Shown one piece after another: positions 27,263-39,400 of a stretch of 64,000 nucleotides of DNA. Origin of the DNA: Tubiluchus corallicola (taxonomy: Eukaryota > Animalia > Priapulida); contig JAQGDQ010000103.1 in the NCBI GenBank assembly GCA_030141605.1, positions 496,001-560,000 on the forward strand. The letters are read 5' to 3'. Numbering within the stretch: the first letter of the stretch is position 1; each line of letters starts with the position of its first letter. The notes below the pieces were generated by a model. The model was given only the letters and a program-made list of their open reading frames with translations, ran no database searches and had not been told where the DNA came from. The position numbers and the translations under genes were made by a program.

Positions 27263-29599
27263 TTAATCCTCTGATTCAGTTATTTGTTCTTTCTAATTTC
27301 TTTACTGATAAAGCAATGAATTTTTCCATCAAGTAGAAACATTCAAATCAAAATCCGGTTGTTTATAGCTGATATGTAGTTAATTCTAAACTGTACTTTG
27401 TGTTAATTTGTTAAAACAGTAAAACAGGGCAAACTGCACTGTTGTCGATCTTGTTAGTCAGTTCTTTGTATACTAGGCGGTGCTTGTATACAGAACCTGG
27501 ACTGCTTCATTAGCCACACTCCCGTATGGAGTCTCATTATTAATATAATTGCTGCTAGATCACTTGAGCGTATGTTGTGATGACGACAGCGCATGCCCAC
27601 TCAGTTCGATTTTTAAACTAGAATTGCGAAAGAGAGAAACAAACTTACTGGGCCATTGTAAAAAAATTAATCAACGGAAGTTAATTATATAAAGGTCAAA
27701 GAATCACGTCAGTCGACTGTGACCATTGAGCATTTATAATTATTAGTGCTCAGGTTGAACTACGTTTAATGGCCTAGAAAAAACATGAGCGAAAAATGTT
27801 CCACATTCTGCCAGTAGGGGTCCGTCCAATCGCGCTTTTGACAGAGTTGCTGTTCTGCAGGCGTTAGCTTATTTATGTGGCACCGCCTGCATCTTTAAAG
27901 CCTATAATACTTCGCCTGCAAGACCTGGATACGGAGAAAGTAGAATAGAACGGTATGCGTGGCACAAAAGCAATCGGAATGTAGTTAAAATAAAGGTAAA
28001 CAAAAATGCGTTTGGGCAAAACAGGTTAAGAAAAAAGTTTGACTACAAACGAAACCAAAAAAGAACAAAATTAACCAACATGAAAGATGGCCCCCAACAC
28101 AACAAGCAATAGCAGCACACCCCAAGAGAATATCATTAGTTTTCCACCGTTTTTGATTCACGCTTTACCATTATTTTTGCTAAAAAGCTGTGTTTCTGGT
28201 GCTAGTTTATGCTTAAAATGCTTTATACAATCATACTTAATAAATAAAAGTCGAATACAGCTTACGTTACAAAGTTTCAATTTTACACAAAAACTGAAAT
28301 TAAATGCTCTAACTGAGACTTTCTGATACTGTAACCTTTTCTTGGTGGCTTGTATAACAAAAAATCGGGTGTGATGGGGTCATTTCGGAATAAAGTCCGG
28401 AGCTTGATTTCACGCGTTTTACTCGTTAGAGGACGCCCGCAAAATTTAGTGCTTAGTTACGGCATCATTTGCTTATCACGTGTCACATTTCGCGTGCTGT
28501 GGTTTACGAAGGTTATTGTAGCAGAGTCTAGAGACGTAGGCTAATCTGAAAGTTCTCACTTCGGTCAGTGTTTTAGTTCAATAATTTTTAGTTTATTGAA
28601 AATTGGAAGTCTAAAAAAAAATTTTCCGGTCTTTAAGTGACTAAAAACTCGCAGTCGCAGCACAACGGCATGTGTAACATTGTCTACAAATTCAGCGTCA
28701 CAGAAACGACAGGGTATCCTAGGAAGCCATTGCTAGCACAGTTGCTTAGCATGCGAGTTTCCGAAGTTTCACGAACATAAACCGAACAAGTTGTTTTGGG
28801 GAAAAACGCAACATCGAGGGCCGATTTCATTAGGAAGAAAAACGTAAATTAATAAAAATTACTACCAAATTTTAAGTTACTTTTTAATTTAAAGTAAATT
28901 AGTAAAGTAAAGTTAATTTAAGTAAATTAAATTTAGTTAACATTTTTTACGTTAAATTTGGCATTTAAATCGGTAAACAGCTAAAATGGCAAACAAACAA
29001 TAAACAATTTACCAGCCGAATCCAAAAGCATACAAAGTGTAAATGATGGGGTTTGCGGATTTTAGCAAAAAAGAGAAGAAAGTAAAATTCTTCAAAAACT
29101 TTTTGAATTTTGAATCGACCTACTTAGTGCAATTAGCATTCTGTGTACTTTAAACAACAAATAAAATGTCTAAAACATACACAACTTCGACTTCGATTTA
29201 ATTTTACGCCAATTGGTCTTCAGACACGAAGATTTTTAGAGGTTGCACAGGGTCGTCCAGAAAACATTTCCTTAAATCAGTTCGTAACCTTTATCATAGT
29301 AAAAGCTTTTGTAAATGAGGTTCACATCACAGTTTTTCGTTTTTGCAAAGACTTATATTTTTGAAATAGGAGAAATCGGGCTACACGAATATGTGGATCC
29401 TTTTACAGATGCCTCTGCCAGGATGAGGGGCTACGGGTTAGGGCTATGGACAATGTACGAGTTAGTTTGTGTATAAATTTGTGTATCAAGGTTGTTTTCT
29501 TAGCAAGATGATGCCACAAAGGACTGCCGTAACAGAATAATTGTTATAGAACAGTTATGTATCAGAAAAGGCTAAGAATATTTGAAAATACATTCAAAA

Positions 29600-29681
29600 T
29601 AAATAAAAATTTGAATGCCTTTTTAGTCTAAAGAACACATTCCATTTATTCCAGGAGCCCTAACAGGCCTCATCAGCTGAA
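29600..29681 (-). ncRNA. degenerate minimal hammerhead motif with pLTR-like tail (same family as 58200/58271)
   Basis: TTCAG CTGATGA GGCC TGTTA GG[CCGAAA deleted]GCTC CTGGA ATAAA; the tail matches 58309-58356. Confidence 0.6.
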
Positions 29682-29837
29682 TTGATTACTGTATAAGACA
29701 AAGACTCTCACGGTGAAAACGCAAGTCTTCATTTTACATCTTTTGTCTAAATTAAGTGAAACTAGAAATTTCTTGGACGTAAACTTTCTGTAGCCGCTCA
29801 TTAATGGCACCAAATCTTATTAAAGCCTCTAAATATG

Positions 29838-29970
29838 TTTCTCTCTCTTTCCTCTATCTCTCATTCACTCACTCACTCACTCACGCACTCACTCACTCAT
29901 TCACTCACTCACTCACACACACTCTCTCTTTCTTTTTCTCTCTCTTTCTCTCCTCTCTTGCTCTCTCTCT
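29838..29970. repeat. (ACTC)n/(CT)n microsatellite
   Basis: Seen directly. Confidence 0.85.
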
Positions 29971-30429
29971 GGTATACTTCAGAATCAACAAGCACATTTA
30001 ATTGTTTATTTGTCGTTTTGTTTAAAAATTTGCTTGAACTTAAATGAAAGAATGAAAGTTTGCACTTTATAGCGACTTCATTTTGAATTATTTAGCATTA
30101 TTACGAACCTTGTATGGGTTAATTTGCTTAACTGTATTTTCATAAACACTTGAACAGCATGAAATAACGATCTATGTCAGACGTGTTTATCTATGTATAC
30201 GTGAAAAGGACGTGAAACGAGTTCGCTTTGTGTTAGAGTCGTTGCCAGGTTTTTAAAATTTAGCACACGGAAAGCACCGTCTACCATGCCCAACTATATG
30301 TTGACGGGTGTGGCAGACCCGGAGCATAGTCCATTATTCTCTAATATGAGACAATAAACCAGGTGAATATACACATTCGGCCACCTTTTTTAACAAGAGG
30401 GATAGCAGGAGAGAAAACATGACACAACA

Positions 30430-30545
30430 GTTTTTCCCAACGTACATCGACCCATTTACTAACCAAGCTTAAGCGTTGATAGATTTCAGTCGTTACAGCA
30501 CAACCGTGACCAACGAGATGGGCTCTTCTCAGCTAAAATAGCAAA
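30430..30545 (-). pseudogene. degenerate 5S rRNA-derived sequence (5S pseudogene or SINE3 head)
   Basis: Reverse strand CTGAGAAGAGCCCATCTCGTTGGTC...GAAATCTATCAACGCTTAAGCTTGGTTAGTAAATGG...TGGGAA resembles the 5S body (GCCCGATCTCGT...GAAGCTAAG...TGGTTAGTACTTGG). Confidence 0.4.
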
Positions 30546-30839
30546 CCGCCTAGCTTTTTCCAATATGATCTCTGTGAGTTTTTAAATTCTCAAATTCTTC
30601 ATAAGGCTCTTGTCAAACTTGACGGACATTGAATATAGCATCATAGATTAAAAAATCGAATTTGTAGAGATAAAAATTTTTTTAGCATTTTTGCTTAATT
30701 ATTTTAAATATTTATTATATATTATATAATTATATCAGTTAAGTGTTTGGCGGCAAAAAATTTGCTCAAGAAGATGAAGAAATTAAGTTTAATCGCATGA
30801 AATTAATTGTGAAAACTCTATGACGTCAGTCACATTTAC

Positions 30840-30984
30840 CTTGCCAGTAATAGTGGCTATCTTCTTCTTCTAACATTATCCTCAGCCCCCTGTAAACGTT
30901 TCTAGATTGAACAACTTCCACTTCCGGTTGGCTTGCGTCACGTGATGATCGCTTTCTCCTTCGTTTTTCGTCCTCACATTGAGA
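30840..30984 (-). CDS. ZP-domain protein exon (last ZP Cys, furin site RRRKR)
   Basis: tttcag|SQCEDEKRRRKRSS...YYWQ|gtaaat; phases 0/1 match neighbours; absent from the ORF track. Confidence 0.85.
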
Positions 30985-31841
30985 CTGAAATGAGTCAAAT
31001 GTTTTTAAATTCCTTGGTCAGGTTCAGCGTAAGCGTACAGAAAAATGTGTAAAACGGAAAGAGAAAAAAGAACAAGGCTGTAAAGAATAAGAATGAAAAA
31101 TAAAAGAAAATTTCAATGTAAAAATCTAGAAAGAAAGAGGCAAGGCCGGATTAAGATGTGCTATTGCCTAAGCACACCCGGCACCTGCTGCCCTGGTTCT
31201 CTCCTTCGCCCCGTGTCAGCGCGTGCACGTTTCACAACTCAAAGTATAACGTACATATTCTATATGATGCAAATTATTCGACATACATAAAACAAGCTCC
31301 GTTGCTCTACATAGGATTTCTACCACTTAATCAAATCAATAAATCAACTACAAAAAGGTATGGTGTCATCCAACAGCAAAACAAATAATCATTCTCGTGT
31401 AGCCCTCTACCTCATTTTCAACTGTGTAAGACTTTTATGTTCTTTGACATACTTATAAGATCTAATTAATATACTTTATTAGCATACTAGTAACTTCTAT
31501 CTGTTTTCAATTTATTCTTTTTTGTCAGCTTGTTGCCCCCTGAGTAGTGCCATAAACACGTGCTTAGTCTGCTTATGCGTTAATCCATGGAAAATAGGGA
31601 ATTTTCTAGTTACGCAAATGTTTCAAGCACATAAGCGTAATGCTAAGAAATATAAATTCGCGTGGAAAATTTTTTGGGGTATAATTCAAAGTTGCCTTTT
31701 TCTTCCTACGTAAGTCTGGTGACGCCAATTTTTACCAGTTTTAATATTGCAGCCTAACTAAGTGACCACTATGTGAACTACACACGTGTTTAAAGAATAG
31801 AAAACCTGGAATAACTGTCATAATATAGTTTGTAATCTTAC

Positions 31842-32007
31842 CTGTTCACACTTGTCTTTACATATATTAACGTTGCATTCGAAGTAAACCATTTCTTTGT
31901 CTGGGAACTTAAACGACTTGAACACGGCATAAATGTAAGTCTGGCCATCTTGGTTGTAAACGGGATTTTTGTTGAATTCTCCAATTAAGAGGCGATTCAC
32001 GGGACAG
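31842..32007 (-). CDS. ZP-domain protein exon (ZP-C)
   Basis: GCPVN...FKSFKFPDKEMVYFECNVNICKDKC, a typical invertebrate ZP-C motif; AG/GT ends, phases 2/0. Confidence 0.92.
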
Positions 32008-32771
32008 CTAAAATAAAATAAATACATAATAATGATTTTTAAAAATAAAAGGTAAACAGTGAAAGCAAAAGACAACTTAACAGCTTGCTTGTAATGCAAG
32101 GATTAAGGATCTTTGGATAAGCAGCTGCTGCTTAATTAATTTCTATATATCAAAATAAATCGCATCATCATCATTAGCACCGATTCATTATCATTGTCAC
32201 CAACACCACCATTGTCATCAGTATTAATATCACCATCGCTGTCATCATCACCATCGTCGTCGTTGTCGTCATTGCCGTCTCCTCGCATCCATTTTCTTTA
32301 CTCTATTTACCGCATTTATAGTTTGTTTATGTCATAATTAAAGCTTATGCATGTTTAACGTAACTTATAAATTAACTTTTTCTGCTCGTAGCACTGCAAT
32401 GCATTGTATATTTTGTAGTTTTGAAATTGCAGTGTTTTGCATTTTGTAATATTGTGCAAAATGGATAAATAAATAAATCTGAATCTAAAAGATATCTTCA
32501 TACAAAAGATATTATATCTAATATTAGAATATTATTGTTTATTACAAACAATAATATTTTAATTAGATCTGAGTAATACGTTTACGCTTTGAAAATCGTT
32601 GAGCAAACATAATTGATTTTTTAAGTGTCGCCATTTTCCCTGTCGCAAAGGTCACTTAACGCACACTTCAGGTGAATGGTTTTGCTAGATGTTTTGGTAA
32701 ATGGTAGACTTGAATGCTTAGTTTTCCTGGCGAAATGAACCATTAAAAATGGCGGTTCTTTGCTAACTCAC

Positions 32772-32853
32772 CCATCGCTATCAATGAGTTCCACCCTTCC
32801 AAGTGGGGTACCACTGTGGGCGAAGCAGTCGGTAGCTCGAACGTCCCACTGAG
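32772..32853 (-). CDS. ZP-domain protein exon (ZP-C)
   Basis: ctgcag|..WDVRATDCFAHSG...VELIDSDG|gtgagt; phases 1/2. Confidence 0.88.
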
Positions 32854-33559
32854 CTGCAGATAAACGTAGATGAAATTAGAAAACTTGTCTACTAATTATG
32901 CTGACAATTTTAGCGAGCTGGAATCTTGATAATTATTAGGAATAATTCCCTGCAGTAAATTGCTGAAGTGGCTGATGTGTTTTTAATTGCCAGATTTGTA
33001 TATAAATGCTCTTTCATCGAGATACTGGCAGAAGCAGTATAAAAGACGAGACCGTCCATTTTCCATGGCACTCATCCATTCTTTTACTGAATAGGCTCAG
33101 CGCTGCTTAAATTTGGTCGTTTAGCACTGAGTTATTGGATTCTTCGGATTTATAAAAGGGATAAGTAATATTCCGTGAGCTACTTACGTAACTCATACAA
33201 AAAACTTTTTAAGTAGTTTAAAAATAGATAGCTATCATAATGATTAGAGAAATAGAACTTCGAAACATCATGGATCAATAACAAATTGGCATCCGGTAAC
33301 ATGTGACATAGCCGTAATGTTACGAGATACAAAGTTTTTTGTGATTTTCACCGATTTTTACAAGTTACTAATTTTTTTAATTACGCAGTTTTTGTGAGTT
33401 TGTGAGTACACTTTAAGAGACATAATCGGTTTTAATGAAAAGTTTTGTTCATAGATATCAATAATTAACGTAAAACTTATTCATAGAACTTTCATACCTG
33501 CTGCACTAAAAATAATTTATGCTAATTTTTTCGAAATACGAAAACACGTTTTTACTTAC

Positions 33560-33717
33560 GAGAATCTTTGATATGAATTACTATGGAAGCCAGTTCTCCC
33601 ACAACCAGCTCGGTACTAGCGGACACTCGAGGATCCTTCCCTCCAACAACTTTTAAGAAAATATCCGGCAGGGGAACATTAGAACCAGGAGGAACGTAAT
33701 CTGAACTGCTGATGTGC
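33560..33717 (-). CDS. ZP-domain protein exon (linker and start of ZP-C)
   Basis: tttttag|..PLPDIFLKVV..LVVGELASIVIHI|gtaagt; phases 2/1. Confidence 0.85.
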
Positions 33718-34959
33718 CTAAAAAACAGTTTCATTTTGACGAAAGGTAAGTACTAAGCAACTTATGTAGCTCGCATTGTAAACTTTCCACGTAAGATGCA
33801 GCAATACAAGGCGCATAACGTTTTGCTAGGAGGGTTTAAAGACAATAACAAGTAATAGCATAGAAAAATTTATTACATTAAAGTATTGTTCAGACAGTAG
33901 CGAATCTATCATACATCCAAAATTTAGTGTGAAACCTCTCGCACAGTTTGCAGTCTTGATGGGTATCATTGGAGCAGTGACTGGAAGGATGCTGATCAAC
34001 GGAATGTTTTTTTTATCTTATTAGCGTCCAGTCTGTCTTTCAAGACAGTTCCATTGCGTTTAGGGGTGTTGAGATCTGCTGCATTTCAAAGTCCTTCAGT
34101 TCAATGAAAAAAATTAATTCTAGGGTTTTCAGCTCCAATCATACCCCTCAAGATTGCAGGCTGCGCTAGACGTATGAGGCTTTTCCTTCCGCATCAGATT
34201 TTGTAAGCATGATAGATTTGCAAATGTCTGAACAATATTTTGATGCAATAAATTGTTCTGTACTATTACTTGATGTTTTTATACCCCCTAGTAATAAAAT
34301 GTTATGTAACATCCTGCAGTACTTTACAAACAGCAAAAACAATCTCTACCAATAAAAAAACAACAAAAAACACGTCAATCTTCACATGATGATGCTCCAA
34401 TAGGAACTATTGTATTAAATTATTTTGTTTTTACTGTTGTATACTGCAGCTAATAAAGCAAAGCAATATTACATTGCAACCTTTGTGGAAATATTGTATT
34501 CATTATAACATCTCATTAGTCTTGGTTTCACTTCCACTTTCATACAACCTGCTGCTACCTTTACCGAAGTATATTAGGTGAACGTGAGAGTTAAATGGCT
34601 CTCAAGGAAAAGACTCCACATTATAATCTGAGCATACGAAGAAATTGGGGCAAAAGGTGTTGATGGATACGTAATAAACTTTCTAAGGTGTGTCTGCTTC
34701 TTTCGAAAATAGTAATACATTTATTGTCAAGGTTGTAAGAGAAGCGAAACTAATTTTTTTAGGAAACCCTGTCTTATTATAATAAAATTTTTGTCATTAT
34801 ATTATAATACATGCAATGGGATTTGTTTTGTTTGACAGCACGTGACTACTTTGGGAAACAATATAATTAGCACACAGGACTTGTCTAAAAAGACTTTGTG
34901 ACTTTTATATAACTGTAGAGGCTTTACAAATCACGATCCTTTCGCAAAAAAGAACTTAC

Positions 34960-35117
34960 TGCACGTGCCCAGTTTTGACAGTCAGACCTCTTTTCTTTGG
35001 TTTCTCTTCCACGGTGCAAGATACTGCATATGCTTTGTCGTCTGGCCACAGAACACCAGAGTTGCCATTTGACATTACTATGATTGTATTGGTGAATGCT
35101 CTTTCTCCATCTTCGTC
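34960..35117 (-). CDS. ZP-domain protein exon (ZP-N, second half)
   Basis: ttttag|DEDGERAFTNTIIVM...DKAYAVSC..|gtaagt; phases 0/2. Confidence 0.88.
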
Positions 35118-35751
35118 CTAAAACAGAAGAATCAAAATTAAGAGATATTGAGATATTGCATGGTTTTTATTCAAATAGCACAAATGAAGGTAATGGCTAC
35201 TCAAATTACGGGCCTATAGTAAGAAATGTTAAACACGTGAAGAAAAGCTATAATTTAATTTGCTAGAGATACAAGCTATCCTCAAATGATTTTTCTTGAA
35301 AGGAGTGAACTTGTGCTTTTCGGGCAATCTATTTTTCTCGTAGGAAAACCCACAAAGAAGAAACCAGGGGGAAAATCTAGATGTGTGAGCAGGTCTTCTA
35401 CATCCACGAATGCCTAGCATAAGAGAGACAGAATGACTATTACAAGACAGCGTTTAGGAATCAGAGATGAGAGATCCAGACAGCATGTTCCATAGAAGTA
35501 GTGACAAAAGAGATTTTGGAAAAAAAATGTGGCAAGCTTCGATGAGCAAGGTACTGCCGGTTAAAGCCTGGTTCACCCAAATCAAACCCAAACAGATTGA
35601 CAATAGATTTCGATTTGTACACTGTCAAGTGTATTAAGCTAACAAACTGAGGTCCAGCCTAAAATAGGTTGAAACTTGAAATAAAATAAAATTGCCTGAA
35701 CAAAATCATCTAGTCTGTTGCTTGTATTAACGTAACAATACCAATACTTAC

Positions 35752-35945
35752 ATAATTCTCGCTTTCCTTGATTCCACATCCAGCAAGTGAAAGGCGTATA
35801 ACTGGATCACTGGATCCGAAGACCCTATGTGTGCATCCGGCGATGCTGTAGTAATCTTTTGCAAAGATGACTCCATGGTAAGGCTCGTGGAAGTGTAAAT
35901 TAACAATCATTGCCTTCTGGTCAGCATCACATTGCACGTCGATAT
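35752..35945 (-). CDS. ZP-domain protein exon (ZP-N, first half)
   Basis: DIDVQCD..MIVNLHFHEPYHGVIFAKDYY..GC..LAGCG, cuticlin-like; phases 1/0. Confidence 0.9.
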
Positions 35946-36404
35946 CTTGAAAGAAACAGGACATTTTCAGAACTCAAAGTTTCAGACTGTTAACTGGTAC
36001 CTAATTATTTTGAAAGCCTCAATAACGTATGAGTGAGGACTACAGCAGACAAATGAAGATCAGCCATTCCAGAATTTTATCGGTTTCATTAAGAGCCACA
36101 TAAAAAGAATGAAAAACAGGCATGTTCAACTTTCACAGAGCCGGTTAGCTCGCAGAAGAAGTACAAACGTTAATTTAAAAATATCTGATTCTTTAAGAAA
36201 ATTATGCTCGCTACTTTTTCGACCTGCAGAAAATTCGGTAAGCTGTAGTGCAGATACAACAGAAAGACCAACTGAAAATCAGTATAAAGGTTAAGTTATT
36301 TGGCTGTTTCATTTTATTACATAAAATGTTACAACTCTGCATTCCTGAGTTAAGGTTAATAGTTTTAGCAACAGGTATAAAACAGACATAAACATGGAAC
36401 CCAC

Positions 36405-39400
36405 CTTTCAGTCGATCTTGTCTGGGAGTCCTGATCTTAGGTGCTGTTGTACTTGTCGTCACTCTGTATCCATAGTAAGACGACGATGGAAAAACCGAAG
36501 AAAGCGAAGGTGCTTCTGTAGTCACCTGTTCTGGTTCGTCAGTAAATGGAATAAAGTTCAATTTCTCTTGATCAGCTGCTGAATCAAAAGAAGACGTATC
36601 CCAAGGGTTCATCCAATCTGACAACCGGCTATCTCTTCCACCCGAAATAAAGTATGGGAAATTTTCTGTTGTTGGCTTGGTCGTTGTCCAGGGGAAGTAA
36701 GATCCTGTTGATCGCTCAATGTTTTGCACGTTCGTCTCCGAAGCAACAGCAGCTGCAGGATCGCTTACTGGAACTTCATAACCTGTCTGAGTTTGACGAC
36801 TTTTTGTTTCTGAATTAATAGGAAAACCTTCTCTCTTGTTGCCATATACAAGTGCATTTGATGGAATTGGGTTTCGCGCCCGAGAGAGCTTGCTCCAGGG
36901 GTTGTAATAATCCTGATTATCTGACCGGCCATATTGTGAAAAGCTAGGTGATTGCCATTCATGGTGCCCTTGACTGCTTCTTCCAATAGTACTGCCAGGG
37001 ACCTGAGCGTGTGGTGTTTCAATGTATTTGCTATCAATTACTTTTGGCTTTTCTTTTACAGGAACAGCAGAATTTGCATAGGCTTGCAAATTTGCAACAC
37101 CAACTTGTTGCTTGGGATCTGTAACTGGAACACTTACTTCTGCATCTTGTGAATGAGACAGTGGGATTGGATTTTGGTTAACATTTGTTGACACGTCATA
37201 CATGAATCCTTCCTGCACAGGGCCAGTATTTGAAAGTCCAGGTTGTTGAGCATAATAGGTTGTACCATCATCCATAATCAGAGGCACAATGTCTGGAGAA
37301 CTTGACTGGGAAATTTGAGGAGCGTCACCTTCCTTAGACAAAATGTACTTACTGCCATCGTTAAAGACAACTTGAACTTGATCAGAATTGCTAATTCCAT
37401 TGTAAGGAATTATTGGTATACGTGAACCTTGTTGCGTACTACCGGAATCAAGAGGTGAAGGCTGCACATCTTGTGTCTGACGATCAGAAACTCTTGCTTC
37501 ACTGACGGGGTATAACCAACTGTCACTAGCTTCTTGCTGGTCATATACGCGAGATCCAACATTGGCATAATATTGCAGGTTTCCTATTGTAGCTATTTGT
37601 GATGGGTCATCCACTGGTACACCAACTGCAGCATGTGTTTCATGGGTGTTTGGAATTCGGTGTTCCTTGTTCACAAGTGACTGGTCTTTAGTATTTTGTG
37701 AATCAGATGGTAAATAATATTGGTTCCCAGATTCGGGTTGTTGTAAGCCATAGACACTACTTGATCTTTGGTTTTCAAAATTAGGTTGAACCCCGTAATC
37801 ATTATAATTTGCAGGAATTTCATCCTTCTCTTGCTGTCCTTCAAACTGCGGACTTCCATTTGGAGAGTTTTGGTAATATGGGTGTTCAGCAACATGAGCT
37901 AGTTGTGGTGAAACTCCTTCATAGGCAGGATAGCCGACATTCCCATAAACTTGGTTAATGGGAATTTTTAATTTTTGTATGTATTTGTCATCGCTTACAG
38001 GAAACTTAGCTTGATTTAAATCTGCGTTGTAATTGCCTGTTTGATCTGCAGGCTGTTTAGCCTGTTGAACTTCTGTTCCTACATTAGTGTAGTAACCAAC
38101 ATTACCCACATTTGTTTTTTGATTTTCAGAACTAACTGGTACATTAACATAAGGGCTAGCACTAAATGGGACATCCTGGCTAACGATATGTGGTGCATAT
38201 TGATTACCAGGAACGTCTTGAATTTTTGTACCTACGTTTGTGTAATATTCAACATTGCCAACGTTTGCTTCTTGTGGTTTTGAAATAACTGGTACGTTAA
38301 TATATGGATTAGCACTGAATGGACTATCTTGTTTCACTGGCTGGTAAACCTGAGAATCCCTAACACCTGTTCCCACATTGGTGTAGTAGCCAATATTTCC
38401 AACACTTGTCTGTTCATTTTTCTGATTAACTGGCACATTCAAATTAGGGGCGGCACTGAACAGTATGTCTTGATCATTGTTTTTTTGTAGACTGCTACCA
38501 TCTTGCATGCCACTATTTCCAACTTTCTTGCCATTTGGCTGTTGCTTTTCTTGATTGACAGGTACCTTTACATTTGGACTGGCACTGAAGGGCAAATTTT
38601 GATTGTTGGTTTGTGCCAATTTATCATCTTGTGCCTCTTGAATATTAGTTCCCACGTTTGTATAATATCCAACATTTCCAACTCTTGCCTTCTCCTCTGC
38701 CTCTTTAACTGCTACTTTAATATCAGGTTGAGCATTAAATGGCAAAACTTCATCTTTGGGTTTGTTGACCTCAGTATCAACATTTGTGTAGTACCCAACA
38801 TTTCCAGTGTTTACTTGTTCTTTATTCTCGCTGACAGGCACTTTCACATTCGGATTTGCATTAAATGGTGCTCCAAGAAGAGTAGCTTGCAGTGGTTGAC
38901 TATTATCTATGTTTTCAGTTTCTAAAGGAGCTATACCAGCATACTGGACTCTGCCAAATAATGACGGATCCCTTCCCAGAATATATGGACTACCAACATT
39001 AGTTTGGTGTACTGGCTGATTGGCCTGTTCATCCTGGATTTCTGTCCCTACATTTGGAAAATATCCAACATTTCCTACATTAGCAACTTGTTTCTGTTCA
39101 CTGACTGTTACTTTGGCATTAGGACTTGCATTTAATTGAACTGGCATTTGATTGTCAGTATCCTCATTTATAGGTTGATCATCTTGAATTTCTGTTCCTA
39201 CATTTGTGTAATAACCAACATTGCCTATATTTACTTTTGACTTTTTTTCACTGACTGGTACACTGACATTTGGGTTTGCACTAAAAGGTATATTTTCCAT
39301 GATGTTCTTTTTCACTGATGATTGCTTATTTCCAGAGTTTACATGTTCTTTATTCTCACTTACAGACACTTTGACATTTGGGTTTGCATTAAGTGGTTTT

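Noticed and set aside
36211-36404. C-terminal ~64 codons of the 1895-aa ORF
   Set aside because: Read-through into the intron past the donor at 36404; composition changes abruptly
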